Assembly (NCBI GenBank): GCA_037447605.1
Contig: CM074809.1
Location: 2,718,689-2,782,688 of the forward strand
Direction: 5' to 3'
DNA from: Zygnema circumcarinatum SAG 698-1b
Taxonomy: Eukaryota > Plantae > Zygnematophyceae
Length of the DNA stretch: 64,000 bases
Shown here: positions 30,601-45,199 of the stretch, piece after piece
Layout of the letters: each line of letters starts with the position of its first letter
How positions within the stretch are numbered: the first letter of the stretch is position 1
Made by a program: the position numbers and the translations under genes
The notes under the pieces: generated by a model
The model's database searches: none
Told to the model about the DNA's origin: nothing
The model's input: the letters and a program-made list of their open reading frames with translations, nothing else

Positions 30601-33600
30601 GTATCCTCAATAGCTTCATCGCTGAGCTTTTCACTCCCACCCTTCTTCAACAAATTGTCACAGAAAGTGGCGAGCAGCTCCGCACTTGTACTTCCAGCAA
30701 CACCCTTGTTGCAAAACACTTCAAACGCCTCCTTTAATGCCTGCAGGAAAAAGGCATCCAATCTGGATAAATCAGTGTATATTTCAAAACATGTGCACCA
30801 TGACAAGACAGTATTAAGAGCAACGTCGATACAAGTAAATGATTTGGAGTACGATGATCAGAATGCTTTAGGGTAGGTCAACCTGTCTGATCAACATTTT
30901 GATGAGCAGATGGGCAGACAAAAGAAATTCCTGCATAATCAAATCTTGTAACAGCTTCGCCAAACCAAGGTACAAAGCACATACGTCACATGTCGCCAAT
31001 TCCATCTCAGAACTAGATTATAACAAAATGGTTTTTTCTCCAGAGAGACGAGCAGGCTGATAAAGCTAGACAAATAGGACAAATCAGAGAAGATGACTTC
31101 CATTGACGTACCTTGTGGAACAGTGAATGATTCACGAAACACTCGCTGACATACTGCAGATATTTGTCATGCAACTCAATAACCTTCCGGACAAAAGCCT
31201 GATACAAACAAATGCAGAAAAATGGTATCAGTGCAACACAGCAAACAGTCGGTCTCACGGGAATAAATTTGAATGAGAGAAAAAAAAATGACTTGGCAGA
31301 TGGAGAAGACAAGGGGAGAGCCAGAAATATTTGACTGATTATGAGTCCAAAAAAAAAGCGAGAGGGTAAACGCGGCAACTTGATTCTTTAAGGCTCACGA
31401 ATCATATCGGGTTTAAAGCCAAAATACCTAGACGGTCATTGACCAGTATCAAACAAAACTTAGGAAATGGAAGAAGAATATAGAGGGCTTACTTGCTCTT
31501 GGGCGCCAACCATATCCTTTTTCTCTGCCTGGACACCACACAAACTAATACGTTTGTAAGTAGAAAGAAACACTATTGTAGAGTAGAAAAGAAAAAGGGG
31601 GGCCTAATTTATGAACACTCACAACACCATGCACTTTCACAGGCAGTAGAAATTCCAAAAGTCCAGAACACACCTAAATTGCTATGCCACGACACTAACA
31701 GCAGCGACGCCGGTAATCGACTATGGTTTGAATTGACAGGAGACAGCTGCGCAAAGTTACTTTGCACCAGCCTCGTAACTCTACTGTACTTACGGGAAAA
31801 CCTAATACAGAACACTTCAGTACTCACATAACCTTTGCACCGGTCAACAAATGCTCACTAAACGACTTTGCACGCTTGTGCTTGCTTCACATAAAAACAG
31901 CATCTACATGCCTTCAACCAGAAGAAAGACATATCCAACTAAAGTAAGTCGAGAAGTAGCCGGGAGTCAAGCTGATGACACGTACCTTTTTACTACTCGC
32001 TGCGTCTTCAGCCTGTTTCACTAGTGCAGTGCCCTCATCCGTCACATGCTGCGTACACAGGATACATGAAGTCAACAAGGCAGTTATACACATTTTCAAT
32101 TTACCTCGACGAATCACTGACCAATAAAAAAAACATTCAATTTATTCAAGACCAGAAAAGTTTTTGGAATCTTACCTGCCGAAAGATTGCAGCCACAGGC
32201 TCAAGACCTCTCGGTACCCTAAAAAATAGCCTGTACATTCGTGACAAGTCTTCCACCTGCCAAACCAGAACATATATGAATGCAGAAGCACTGTTACGGA
32301 AAATAATGGTACAGCTTTCAATTCCTAGCTGTGAAAAAGCCACAAGTTAGCTACAGCCACTTGCCTTCAAGCCACAAAAATTCACCAACAAAAAAGAAAA
32401 TCAAGAACACACACACAAACCTTGTCATCTCTTAGAAGTGCGTGACAGCCAGAATGTTCCTTCTCCAGAAGCTGGTTCTCATACTGGGTCAACAGCTCAT
32501 GTTGCACCCTCTGCAAACAAGCAGGCAACAGTGCCCAGGTAAGCGAGATATTGGCAAATCCAACCTATTCGATAAAACCATGCAGGCAAACCATGAAGAT
32601 ATTGAAGATATTTTCACGTATGCAAGGCAAGACCATCCTAAGGATAAAGGACAACATACATGCGAGCTGAAACGTACTTACCTCAAGCAGCTTGGGTTCA
32701 CTACTGACATGGAGATAGTGTCCAACACGCTCCTTCTCCCTCTTTAGACATTCTTCTGCCTGCGGCCGCATGAAAGACGTGAATAAAGCTGCGTCCAGTT
32801 GAAGGCCGGAGTTCGACTGACGACACTTCGACTGACTACAGTTAAGACAGTTATAGAAATTGAAATGCTGAGATAAAAATGGAACACCCAAACAATAAGT
32901 CTCGCCTACCTTCAACATGTAATCCGGACAGGAATCTTCTTCGATCCAGGAGGCTGCTTTCCTCGAGTAATAGGCAGCAGTATCCACTAGCAAAGCCGCC
33001 TCAAAATCACTTTGGTAAGCTTCCATGTTTCCCATGCCTATCTCCACAAAAATTCCTAATACGTTTTTCAACAGTGCTCGATCAATCTGTTCACCTTCTC
33101 TTTCTCGATCAATCTGCAAAAAAATTCAAATACACTATTAGTCCAACCAGTAGAACAAATACCAGGTAATTTCTTACTTCCAAGGATAGGCCTTTTAAGT
33201 ATGCTAAAGCCATAACAACCAACGGATAATAGAAAAACCAGTCAAAATTATAATTGCATCCAATGACAAAAAAGGGAATTTCTGCTGCTGCCAACAGCTT
33301 GCTTTTATGGATGGGTATCAGGGCTAGAAATTGCATACCAATGCAATAACAGCATCTTTCACGTTATTTTTAACCTCTTGATAGACCTGCAGAAAGGGAG
33401 TGAGAGGCCACAGAAACGAAGTCATTCACAAAAGTTGTTGAATAGACAAGACAGACCTTATCTTACACAATAGCACAGCTGCAAATGGGCGACAGATCAG
33501 CCATCATACCAGCTCTTTGAAGCACGTTAGGCCAACTTCTTTCAAAGGCTGCAGTTGCCGTCGGGCGATAAAGTATCGATCAAGATAGTTGAAGAAACGT

Positions 33601-34216
33601 ACTAGCCAGCGAACCATGATTTTATGATTTTCCCACCGTTTGACAAGCTCTCTCAGCATGAACTCGTCGTGCTTTTCCTGTAGAGCGGGCAATACCTGTT
33701 CCACGAAAAAAGGACAATATTGGCTGTAACTGATCCTCGCTCTCCCAGGGCAACCACTAGCCTACGAGCACGCCAGGCAATGATTATTCCAGACTCACCA
33801 ATTCGTTGATGTAAGCCTCAAATGATTCCCGGTAACGGTCATACAGTTGTTGCGAGTAATCCTGAGGAGGCTTCTGAGTACACATGTTATAGATGGTTCT
33901 GAATTGAGAGGTTAAGGACCGCAAACATCTCAGCAGCAAACCCTAAATTGTAGCGTAACGGTGAACACGTTGAAATCCGACAACAGAAAGTAGGCAACAT
34001 CGCCTGAAAACTTCGTTAACGACAAGTCAGGCCCCCACGGCCTAAGCAGCAAAGGAACTCTGATGTATGAAGTGGATACGTGTACAAGTACATATACTCG
34101 TCGGCATTGAACTGCTGTTCTGGTATACCTTCCAAAAGGTTTTTCAACTTTGTGATGCCTTTTTGCATGTGCGACCATCCCTGTTCCAACTCAATCACCT
34201 TCCTTTCGGACATCAT
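27686..34216 (-). CDS. CUL1: Cullin-1, SCF E3 ligase scaffold
   Basis: About 19 canonical exons, from [14 protein letters not shown] through [35 protein letters not shown] and the neddylation motif VRIMKSRK to ...[11 protein letters not shown]. Closely resembles plant CUL1. Confidence 0.97.
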
Positions 34217-36300
34217 GGTGAACGAAAAGCACACCAACCTCCCCCGCTCAGGCCGCCAAAGTTCGACTACAGCGTGCCGCCGAATATACGCCCGGAGTCT
34301 GCTCCTTCTTTTTCAGGGCAGAGACAGATGCAACCGAAGGCCCTCGGCTACCATAGCCTTGAAAGGCCGGCCACCCTCCCTACTCCAAGCCACCATGCCA
34401 GGGCTCCGTTGGACCTCGCAAGCTGACAGCAGGAAGCTCCTTCCCCTGCATAGAACCAGGGAAGCCCGCCCTTCCACGTTTTCTTTGTGAAACTGGTTTC
34501 TGTACACGCTTTCTGTTCATATCAGTTCCATGGACAGAATACGCGTTCGGTTAAGTGACTTCGGCGGAAGCCTCGCTAATAAATGAGTACAGTCATTGGT
34601 ACGTAAACATGGACCCAGAGCTGGAATTAATTGCGATATCGTTCATCTCGGCTGGTACCTCCAGTATCGTCGTACCGAGCGTATCGGTATTTAAGCGACG
34701 TCTCTTCTGCTATGCGACGCACATGAGTGGCTCACATAGTCACATTCCACTGTGCGATGTCGCACTATGGCCCGTGCGCCTCGCGCCCTCGCCAGGGCGG
34801 GGTTTCCACCAAGCGGATTCAAACCGCGCCACGTCGGATGGCGCTTCCTCCTTTTTTACAAAATCTGGTTACTGTAGCCCTAATAGCCATGGTGGCCACG
34901 TGGTCGGACCCGATTCGCTACGACCTCGACTGGCGGTCGCGGCGGGTCGTTGGCTGCAAGAGCGCGGCGAGAGACCAACGCGGGAATCGAGAACGGATCT
35001 ACTGAAGCCACGTGGCGGCGCGCGATTGCACGGGACATGATTCACCAGTTGCCGTTTCGCAAAACGCGGCCGTCCAGGCGAGGGGAGGCTCGGGAGGGGT
35101 TTGGAAAACGCTGTCGTGGCGGCCACGTCGGCGCCACGTCGGCGCCCTAAGGGAACCCGGAAACGTGTGACGACTGCGAAGCTTCTCCGTGGAAGCGCGC
35201 CCTCGCTCGTGCCGGCGGAGGGAGAGAAGTGGTGAGAGCGAGGGAGAGGGAGGCATGTTTTTGGCATCCTTCCACTCCCATCTGACAGCCTTCTCTCTCT
35301 CTCGCGAGTGAAAGGCTGTCTCGTCAAAGGAAAGAGAGACAGCCTGCCGTGAGAGCGAACGACAAGAAGGGAGAGAGGAAAGTGCAAATAAATGAGAGTG
35401 TGTGAAAGAGAATGGCATCTCTATCTCTCCCTTTCCCTGTCAATTGGAAAATCTCTCTCTCTTTCTCTACTATTCCCTAGCTATCTCCCTCCGCCCTCCC
35501 TCTCCCTCTCCCTCGCTCTCCCACGCTCTTCCTCGCCCTCTCCCTCTCTGCCACGGAGAGGTGGCGAGGAGGGACAGGGCGTACGATTTTTACGTTCAAC
35601 GATCAGCCACACGCTGATTCGCACGTCTGTGTGATCCTCAGAGTTCTTGCAAGCCTCTGGTGGCCCCCGCCACCGTCGCAAACGCTCAGTCTTTTGAGCG
35701 AAAATCTCGCGGGGCAGCGACGCCATGGTGGCCGCGAGCCTCAAGCACGCGCCCGCGCACGTCCTCCTCGTCCTGGCCAATCGTCGCGTACTCGTCCAGC
35801 CAATGGCGTGCACGGTTGCTGACGTGGCACACGAGAAGAGCGTGACGTGGCAACACGAGTACAATGTCCTCATGCACCCCCACTGCTTTGTTGCGTCCTC
35901 CAAGGTCAACTTGCAACGCATTGCCCCCCCTCCCCCCACCCCCTCCCTCCCTTGCAGGGCTCTCCTCTCCTCCGGGTTTTCGTTTGTTTTCTTCAATTAT
36001 GTTGTCTTCTTCTTATTAAAGACACATCCTTGTCATTTTAAAAACTGCTCTCATCATGCTTTGTTTCGTTTTAAACAGGTACTGCTTTACACGGAGTCAT
36101 ATCGTTTATCCTCCGCCATAAAAACCCTAGACAGCCTCAAGCCCTAATTCAAACTCTTAGAATCCCTAAGGTTGGTTTATGGTTCGAACACAACAACAGA
36201 TATCGTTTGCAAAAATGGTTGCCGCGGACAGCAGCTTGAATTCCTTGCTCTAGTGGCCGCGAGCGACGTTGTAAACTCATCACTCTATCGAGTGTCGATC

Positions 36301-36353
36301 CCTGCTTGCCTGCTTGCCTGCTTGCCTGCTTGCCTGCTTGCCTGCTTGCTTGC
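36301..36353. repeat. (CCTGCTTG)n octamer microsatellite
   Basis: About 6.5 units. Confidence 0.85.
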
Positions 36354-36959
36354 GGTTTGCACATTGACCGGCTGCCGCGCTGCGCAAACCGCGGTCCAGC
36401 CCTGGGCGGCTCGTCGTACCGCCGTCCTTGCAGGGCGCGCCTTTGTGTTTCAAATTGGTGTCCAGTTTGCCTTTGCGAAGTCGGAAGTCCTGACCCAGCT
36501 CGACTCAAGCTTAACGACAAACAATCTGCCCCACAGATTCATAAAACCTTTTGAAATTCTTGTGCACGTGGCCGCCCTCTACTCGCCCCCCTCTCATCAC
36601 TTTAAGGGTCTAGGACCAAAACCTACGGTTATGTTTGAAAATAATGGCCAAAAATTGTGTCCTACGTGGACGCGTCCCATTCGCGGAGACCACCGGAGCG
36701 TGCCTTTACCGTGTGGCCTTCATCAGGGCGCCTTTCCCGTGTACCTAGCGCTGACGTAGACAAAACGTCAGATATTTCCCGCCCGTACACGGAACGCGCC
36801 CTAACTGAACCTGCGACATAGAGCGCGCTAGCAGTTCCCGCATGGAACGGGCCGGGCCCGGGGCGCTGCCGCACGGCCGCGCGGCGCCCACGTAGAAGCG
36901 GCGGCGACACGCGGCGGGCGGGCGGGCGCCGGAGGGAGAGAGGGGGGGGGGGGGGGGGG

Positions 36960-36969
36960 NNNNNNNNNN
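36960..36969. other. Assembly gap (10 N) inside a poly-G run
   Basis: N characters flanked by G homopolymers. Confidence 0.99.
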
Positions 36970-37231
36970 GGGGGGGGCAGACAGGGCAGGACAGGGCAGG
37001 GGAGGGTACGTTTCCTTGCACGCAAGCAAGGGCAACAGGCAGGGCGGAAGGGAGGAAGGGGTGGACTGGGGGGGAGGGAGGCGGAGGTCCACGGGCGGGA
37101 AGGCTCCAAATGCTGCGCTTTTCCTTTCAGCACCAGCTGATTATTTCTGAAGGAGTTTTTGGAGTTTTTGGAGATTCAGAGCAGCAGCCATCAAGAGGGC
37201 TTAGAAGTTTTGCCGCTGCCAGATTAGAAGT

Positions 37232-40200
37232 ATGGCGTGCAATTCCGCACCTCCGGGGCTATTGGCGTCAGAGTTAGCTCATCATCGTACAAACGCAGGT
37301 GAGTGTTGGTTGGCTTACTGTGATTGTTATTTGTGGGAGGGGGGATTCGAGTTTATGTAAGAAACCGTGCAATAGTAAACCGATTAGCGCGCTGTTTAAT
37401 TTGATACGCTTTTCTGGTTCAATGTCATTAAGCTTGACCAATACGACTCGATACGTATACGCATTCTTGCTGGCTTTGTGGATGGGTAGTGTGGAAGCAG
37501 ATCTCGTCTCTTACCGACAGCTTCTGGGTGTCTCATTGCTTGTTTGAAGAAAGAAGAAAGTCTCTTAATGGCTTCTGAATGGTTTTGCTCGCAAAGAGGA
37601 AGGGAGAATATGCCATATATTATTTGATCCATTAACATATATTTTTACGCAGGGCGAGCGGTCGACTGTGTGCAATCTTCCGGCGGCAGCATGGAAAGCA
37701 GCCATAGAGGGTCCGTTGGAGGATGCGAAGACACCATGCAGTCAACAGCAACGAGTGGCAATACCGCTTTAGAGCGACCTTTAGGATTAGAAGTTAACGC
37801 GTCACCAGTATTAAGAGAGCTGGAGCTGAGAGAGAAGGCTATTTCTGCTGCGGCGGCTGCCGTTCTGTCTGCAGTCATTGTTAACCCCTTAGATGTAGCA
37901 AAGGTAAGACTGTTTTTTCCAGGCACGCCTTTCTGTAGTGGCAGAAATTGGTTAGTAACAGTTCGCCAGAAGAAGGATGAGTGGTGTTTTCCCTGTTCTG
38001 ATCGTGAACACCTAGTAAAACTACGGTTGTTTTACGTGTTTGCAGACGAGGCTACAAGCACAAGCAGCTGGAAATTCACGATATGTTAGACCCAGCTGGC
38101 AGCATTTGCCGGGTTACTACAGAGCGCCTCATTCTTTGCAGGTGAAGATCATTACACCTTCTTTTGTCTACATGTTCAATTTCACTGTGGTTTGTTAGAC
38201 ATAGTTCATGATGTTCTAAAGGCATCCTGCATGTTGACAATGCTTTTAGAAGTCATGTCAGCCGTGTTAGCCCGCATATTGAGGTTGGCAGTTTCGTTGT
38301 TCAACACTAAGCTTTGTCTTAAGAGGCTAGACCGGCAAATGGCCTGGTTCATCTTGCCGTGATTGCGGCCTTTAGCTCTGCATTTGGAATTCACTTTTTT
38401 TTGGTGGTTTGTGGCATTGGCAGGCTGACGAGTACAAAGGCACTTGGGACGTTATGAGGAAAGTTAGTAGTCAGGTATACGATTGGCATGACAATGGTTG
38501 CTGAGGACTTCTTAAAGTGTTTCTTTATGCTTTACCTATGAAAGGGATGTTGCCACTATTGCTCGCTTGTTTACCATATGTTGTAGTTTCATGAATTGGA
38601 GACTGGAAGACCCTTTCGCTAGGAAATACTTCTCCTCATGTTCATTGTTTTGGGGGAATTTTCAGGAAGGATTTTGGAGGTTATGGAGGGGAACAAATGC
38701 TGCGCTTATTCTAGCAGTGCCCACGGTAAGTGACGAGTCATGGAACTTGTGGGATGTATGGAATGTAGTGTCTCTTTTTCTTTGTTACGAATACTGAAAG
38801 AACAAAAACTGAATAGTGTGTTGGAGATTGCGGCTCCCGCATGTAGTTTTATCACAAGTATGGCATGCATAGGTTACCTGCTACTGGACTCAATGGGGCA
38901 GGAGCTGAGGATGCTGATGCAGGTGGGCATCTATTTGCCTGTGTACGATTTCCTGCGGGAGTGGATGGAGAAAGGTCCAGATGGAAAGCCTAGTGCCATA
39001 GCTCCCTTTGCACCACTGCTATCCGGCTCAATCTCAAGGTCAATGGCAGTAATTGCTTGCTCGCCTCTAGAGTTGGCGCGGACACGCATGCAGGTGAGCT
39101 GCCCTCTGTTTGACGCGAAGTTTTGTTTTGGATTTTCTCCTATTCTGAAGTTTTTTGCTCTCTGTATCATTTATAACAGTGTAATTGGTCTACTATACTT
39201 ACTTGCGAATTTTTTGTGAGACTTGATTTCAGGCTCATAAGGAGGTGAGCAGGGGCTCTGTACCGGGGGTTTTGGCTGTGCTCCGTGAGGTTCTGAGCAC
39301 AGCAAAGGGAGGTTCAGGAAGCACCTGTAAGAGCCTCCCCTTGTCATCAGTTCTACATTACGTGTCCACTACACAGAATCACACTTCAGAAATTTTTTGA
39401 TGGTTAAATATTTTGAGAACTACTGCAGCCAATCGTTGCCAATTGAGCCCGCCCGTTCACAGTTAGCCAACTCACTCCTTTGTTTTCGCCTTATCTAAGA
39501 GTAGAGTGACTGAAACGTTTCAAGAGCTGTGAAAGGCCACTTTGTTTTTGTCATGATGTGCATATTAAGTAATCCAGCTGGCAGTTATTGACTATGGTGT
39601 TTGTTGAAGTGGGAAACAGGGCGACGTATTGGTGTGTTGTGGACGGGAGTTGACGCGCAACTGGCTCGGGATGTGCCCTTCTCTGCCATTTGCTGGGCTT
39701 CACTAGAACCGGTACATGTCCTAACGATTCTAATGAAAACTTGCCTTTTGTAATTTGAACTGCAGTTATAATGGTGAAATGGGTGTCTTTGACTCTTTTG
39801 AATGCGTGACATGAAGCAGGTTGGGAAAGTTTTGCATTCATATGGAGAATGCAAACAGCGGGGCATTGGGTGAAAGTTTTGCCCTTGTATGCCTTTTTCT
39901 GACATTGACATATCTGATGAAGGATGTCGATCGTGCTGATGTTGTGCACCCTGACTTTTGGAGGCAGGTTCGACGTCATCTTTTAGAGCTGGCCGGTCCT
40001 GAGCCAGGTCTTGTGCAGATCCTTGGAGCCAACTTCGGTGCGGGTATGCTCGCCGGTTCGCTTGCTGCAGCAGTCACAACTCCGCTTGATGTGGTGAAGA
40101 CTCGGCGGCAAATAGAGGTGAGAGACCTTCTTCCTTCTATTCGTTTTCTTGACTGCTGCTGCTGCTAACGACAGTCAGCATCTTAAAAATAGTGTCATAG

Positions 40201-40855
40201 TTTAAACAATGTTCTGAAGGAGAAGGATGTCTGGGGACTTGGATGAGCAGAAGTGCCCCGTGAGAAGTGGAGAAATGGGCACAATCAAAACGCTGCTGCA
40301 GGTTTATAGGTGAGTTGTTTCACCCTTCCAGCCCTGGAAAAGTATCGTGGGGTTTCAGTTTCCTGTTCCTATAGTTCCTATGGAATGCAAATCCTTTGTT
40401 GCTGTTTTACATGTTTCTCTGCAGAGCTGCTGTAGTGTTTCTGCAGCATGAGGTGATGGCTTCCATTTGGGCCCAAGGTTGGCTTCTGCCATGTGTCGAC
40501 CACGTGATCCTACCCATTAGTCTTGAGTGTCAATGGTAATTATATGTTGTAGAGTTGCAAATGGCATGCAATTAAGGAATGTAGCTTCATACGCCAGTAG
40601 TAGGAGGAGGTTTTGCCCGGATTGTCTTGACAGGTGTTCGTTGAATTTAGCGCCAGTCATATCAATTACGTCAACTAATTTGCTGATGCTTGTTGCGGGG
40701 TCTTCCATCCACGCAGGGAGCAAGGGTCCAAGGGACTCTTTACAGGAATAACACCCCGTATAGGGCGCGCTGCCCCGTCAGTAGGCATGGTGGTGTCATT
40801 TTACGAGATAGTGAAGCACATGTTGCGGCACAAAGAGCTGACAAATTTCAATTGA
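37232..40855 (+). CDS. MTM1: Mitochondrial carrier, MTM1/SLC25A39-40 type
   Basis: Carrier signatures PLDVAKTRLQ, PLELARTRMQ and PLDVVKTRRQ; LWRGTNAALILAVPTVGIYLP, ARDVPFSAICW, RAAPSVGMVVSFYE. Upstream exon 37232-37298 splices in frame to 37653. Confidence 0.9.
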
Positions 40856-41932
40856 TGCCCTGCGCCCCCCCCCTTCCTGTCCCCCTGTCCTGCGCAGGGT
40901 GAAGGGCTTGAATGGGCTTGTGGCCGGGATCGGGCCCCGAACGGGGCGCGCAGGGCCCGCCATAGGAATTATAGTGGCTTTTTACGAGGGGATCAAATTC
41001 TGGCTGCGGTGACCCACTTATTGCCACCACCCATGAGGCCTCTCACGCCTCGCACCAGGGAATTCAGGCCCCCGTTGTTTACCTTTTGAGGCTTTATTTG
41101 GCGAGTTGCTGTGAGGTTGTCCTCAATAACTTTGTTTCCGGCACAGTTTGCACGAGCGGTGGTTTTGTAGAGAGAGGAAGCTCAGCATGTCTGGAGAAGC
41201 CATAACGTAATATGGGATAGACAGTCCCTCGCTACATTTTTGTCAAAGGGGAGCCTAACAGGTGTTTACTTCACTATTTTCCCACAAATTTATGTAGTTT
41301 GTGAAAAGATTGTGAGGGGGTAGGGGAGGAGGATATAAATGCAATAATTCTGTTACCTATTACGTTTCCATCCGAATTAGGGACAGATTGTACGTCAGAT
41401 TTTATCCTACGAGAAGTAGGTAGTAATGTCTGCCAGCGATTCAGAGGGCATTTTGGGCGTCTGTTCTGAGTGAGTCAAGTGATTTTGTATTCTATTTCTA
41501 AAAATAAAGAGCAGAATGCTAATCTTCCAACTCGACCTTTCAGGATTTGGTCTTATTTACTTTACTTTCCTCTGCCTAGATTTCTGTTTGTTTTGATAGC
41601 ATGGCTCTCGCTTCTCGTTTAGTTCCCTTTTCTCTCTTATGTTTGGGTACTGCTTGCTGCTCCTGCCAGTCTTCAGATGTTCTTGTGCAAAGCATAAAGG
41701 CAGCACGCTTGCTTACAGTATCGTTGCAGAATCAAAGAATTAAAACATTCACAGATGATGTTGGTTGAATCTACCAGCCGGATTCAAGATCCAATCAATT
41801 AGAATCTACTGTCATCGATAAAGAAACGAAAAAAATCGAAGGGCATTGACATTATTTACAATACAGAGGCGTTCAGGCCATCAAGGAGAGCTACTACCCT
41901 GTAAAGACCTGCCTGAAAAAAGCTCTTCCTAT

Positions 41933-44900
41933 CTATTCTCTGCTCCCATCTGCCCTCTGGCTGTCATAGAACAAGATGTAGCCGTGATCAGTGTTGTTTG
42001 AAAACTCCTGGGAGGATCCAAAGAAAGTTTGCACCATGGCCTCGTCGATTGGCTCCACCGTCTCATCGTCGAAAAAGAGCCAATGGTTATGGCTCTTCAC
42101 CAGACTCACGTAATGTCCGTGATTGGGCCCACTGCATAGCCACGCCAGGAACACACAACATAAAAATGACAGAGTTGTCCGTTCAGTTGGATCCGTGTAT
42201 GACACGACAGTTAAACAAAAAGCTGTGGCAAGTTTTCTCTTCTAGTGGAGCCAGGATTCCAGACTACTATACATGGAGCCCCAAACAGCTGAAGCCCCAT
42301 GTCAGCGGCAAGCAGAACTTAGGTCAACGGTCACCTTACCTTCCCACATGCACCACGACAGCAAAGAGGGAGTACTCTGCCTCTGAACCAGGGGCATCAT
42401 CCACTGTATTGCATAGCCTGAGCTCCAATGGGAAGACCACGCGGTATGACAGCTTCTTATAGCGTCCAAGTTGCTCGATGTACTTGAAGCGTTTCAGATG
42501 CAGCGCAAGCACTCGAGGTGGAAGCTTCACTTTCATCCGCTTCTGGGCCTCCTGCAGACTGCCCCTCCTTCCTCTTCGTCAAGGTCAGTCTAGGACATAG
42601 CCCCAATCCGAGAAATAACTTCAAGAGCCAATGGCAGGTTTATCCATATCTGGATGGTGGGTCCACGGCTGCACACAAACCTGCAGCACTTGTCGCAGAA
42701 GAATTTATCTTGAGCATTCAAGGTCTCCGTTGAGCTGAAGTTGCGTAAACAGCTCGTGACTGAGCTATTCTGTTCAATATCCAGACTCAAATCCAAGAAT
42801 GTCTCATCACGCGCAGTCACAGTTTCGCAACAAAGGCAGCGCGTTTCATTGGTCAATATTCCCTGCAATGTCAGCCCTCCATCAGCCTCACGACTCGTCA
42901 TGAAAAAAATATCAGATAACCCTGCCATGACATTCTGTGACATGAAACTTTCCCAAAGTGAATGTGTAGTAGCATGTAACTTCACGAGTAAACACTACGC
43001 CCATCATCCAGTAAACATGGTTTCCTCTTCCTTCCACTGAATGCACTTTGTCTCCTATCCACCTCTCCTTTCCTTACTCCTTTTCCTCCTCTCCTACCCC
43101 GTCGACAACACCGAGGCGATGGACAGAATCAGTTGGTAGAGCTCCAGCTCTACCAACTGATTCTACCAACTGACCAACGCCTTCTCCCTCAGCCTAACAG
43201 CGTATGTCCAGCATTCCCAGAGGAGGAGGCTTTGAAACAGGTTTTGCAATCAATAACATCATCCTGAATCAGTGCGCTCTTCACACACGACATTCTCCCC
43301 TTCCTAGCTCTTCTTGTTTTTCATATAACTTGCCCACCTGAAAAATTTCTCGGACCCATGTCACAACCACGGGTTGGCTGCTCCCAACCTCGCCCTCTTT
43401 GCTGGGAGACAGCACCCTTCCAGCTTCCAACTTCCCTTGCTTCGCCTCATTCTCCAAAATGTCCGCCAACTCGTTCAACAAAAAGTTAAGGAACTCATGT
43501 GCATCCTGCAACGTTGTGACGTAAAAGCAGCAAGAGACGTCTGATGGATTAAACTTAACGAGAGGACGGCCGTCATGCTCTCAATCAGCCTATAATGAGA
43601 ATCTTCCGCCTCTGGTATAGACACTCTCCTACAGTATATGCCCCAGACGGTTGCTAGCCGGTGCAAGAGAGTTCGCTGACAAGTATCATCAACAACCTGT
43701 CTGGCTTGCCTAACCCATCTTCCAAAAGCATCTATCTCTGAACCACTAAATCAGCCATCGTGCAATACATGTCAGCTTAGAAAACGCCTAGCAGCCTAGC
43801 CCAACAGTGCCAAACACTCCTTTCAATGCACTGAATGTATAACTTCATGGCTAATGAGAAGAGTCTTCCTCTATCAAATGGCCTCGCCGTCTGGACCTAA
43901 ATGCTATTCTGAACATAGACATCGACAAACGCAACAAATCGAGGTAAAGACCCTACCCAGATGCTTGAACTTCACAGACGTGCCGCACGTTTGCTTTGGA
44001 ACAAACCGAGAGTTGTCATGCGCTCGCCGCAGTTGACAAGTTTAGCTAGATGAACTTTCTCGGCATATGGATAACAAGAACGACCATATAACAACCAAAA
44101 ACTAGCTAGTCAACTTGAAGACGTGTAATTTACACCAACAACACCCTCCAGGGCTGAACTTGATCACAGTGCTACCTTTACAAGAACATCTAACTATCAT
44201 AGGATAATTTATTAAGGATCTTTAGCTATGCTTGAGCTCTCAGTGTTACGGTTAGAATCTCCACCTGGTGCATAAAACTGCGAAAAATGTCTTTCTGCTT
44301 CTTTACTCGGTTCACGAAACGCTTTGGTGCAATCACGCCTGTCTTCTTTTTTTGTGTATTAATCTGCACATGCAAATCAGTAAGGGGCACCTAAGACAAG
44401 AGGTCCTAGCCAAGTTGTAATTCTCTTAGCTTTACAGCAGTTCTTGACTAGCTGGTACACAGAGCACAAACTGCCAAAGATTGAATGAAGAAGCATAGTG
44501 GTTAACCAAACAAGTTGATATCTCACCTGCGCAAAGAGCTCCGCTAGTGCCGTGAGAAGATTTTCATCAGCTTCAGAAACGTTCTTGTTTTTGGCAATAT
44601 ACTCAAGAAGATGCTCTCGGAACGGGGCGCAGAAATAAAGAGCCTGCACAGCATCTCGGCTACAGCTCTCAACGATGGTTCTGATATACGGACCGGAGGG
44701 TCGGAACAGTTTTGATCTGTCACTGGAATTTCAACACATCATCGACGCCAATTCCAATAAAATTTCAAATCACCACTCTACTTCCGTAAAGCCGTGTAGC
44801 CTCCTCCATGAAACACGTTTCTCCCTGTGACTCTCACTCCGCAGACCTTGCAGCAGCCCTCTAGATCCCCCACCTGAACGCATGGAATCTACACAGGCCC

Positions 44901-45029
44901 CGAGCATTTCACCTGCAGCACACTGTTGCAGTAGCAAGTGTTGCCGAAATTCTCGAGGCCAAAGTAGCGCTCGCCTTCCGGAAAGGAGTCCCCCAGGGCC
45001 TTCTCTAGCTTGGACCCAGCGCTGCCCAT
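41933..45029 (-). CDS. UBP3: Ubiquitin-specific protease UBP3/UBP4 (USP12/46 family)
   Basis: [13 protein letters not shown] (myristoylation-type start), Cys box [23 protein letters not shown], His box [12 protein letters not shown]. Seven exons. Confidence 0.95.
43125..43164. repeat. Perfect 19-bp inverted repeat with 2-nt spacer in a UBP intron
   Basis: AGAATCAGTTGGTAGAGCT-CC-AGCTCTACCAACTGATTCT. Confidence 0.9.
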
Positions 45030-45199
45030 GAGCAGCGAGCGGTCGGACAGCCTCCGAGCCGAGCTGACACCGCGAGGAGAGGCGCCCGCCAGGCACTGCG
45101 CGGAGGGAGGGAGGGAGGGAGGGAGGGAGGGAGAGCGGGAGGGGAGGGGCCGCGGCTCGCAGAGTGCAGGCCCTGCCTGCCTTCCTCCCACTTTTCATA

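Noticed and set aside
36172-36759. 195-aa ORF
   Set aside because: Runs through the CCTGCTTG microsatellite, has no domain or splice support, and lies in a promoter-type region.
36930-36980. Long G-quadruplex upstream of MTM1
   Set aside because: The poly-G run contains an N gap; true length and sequence are unknown.
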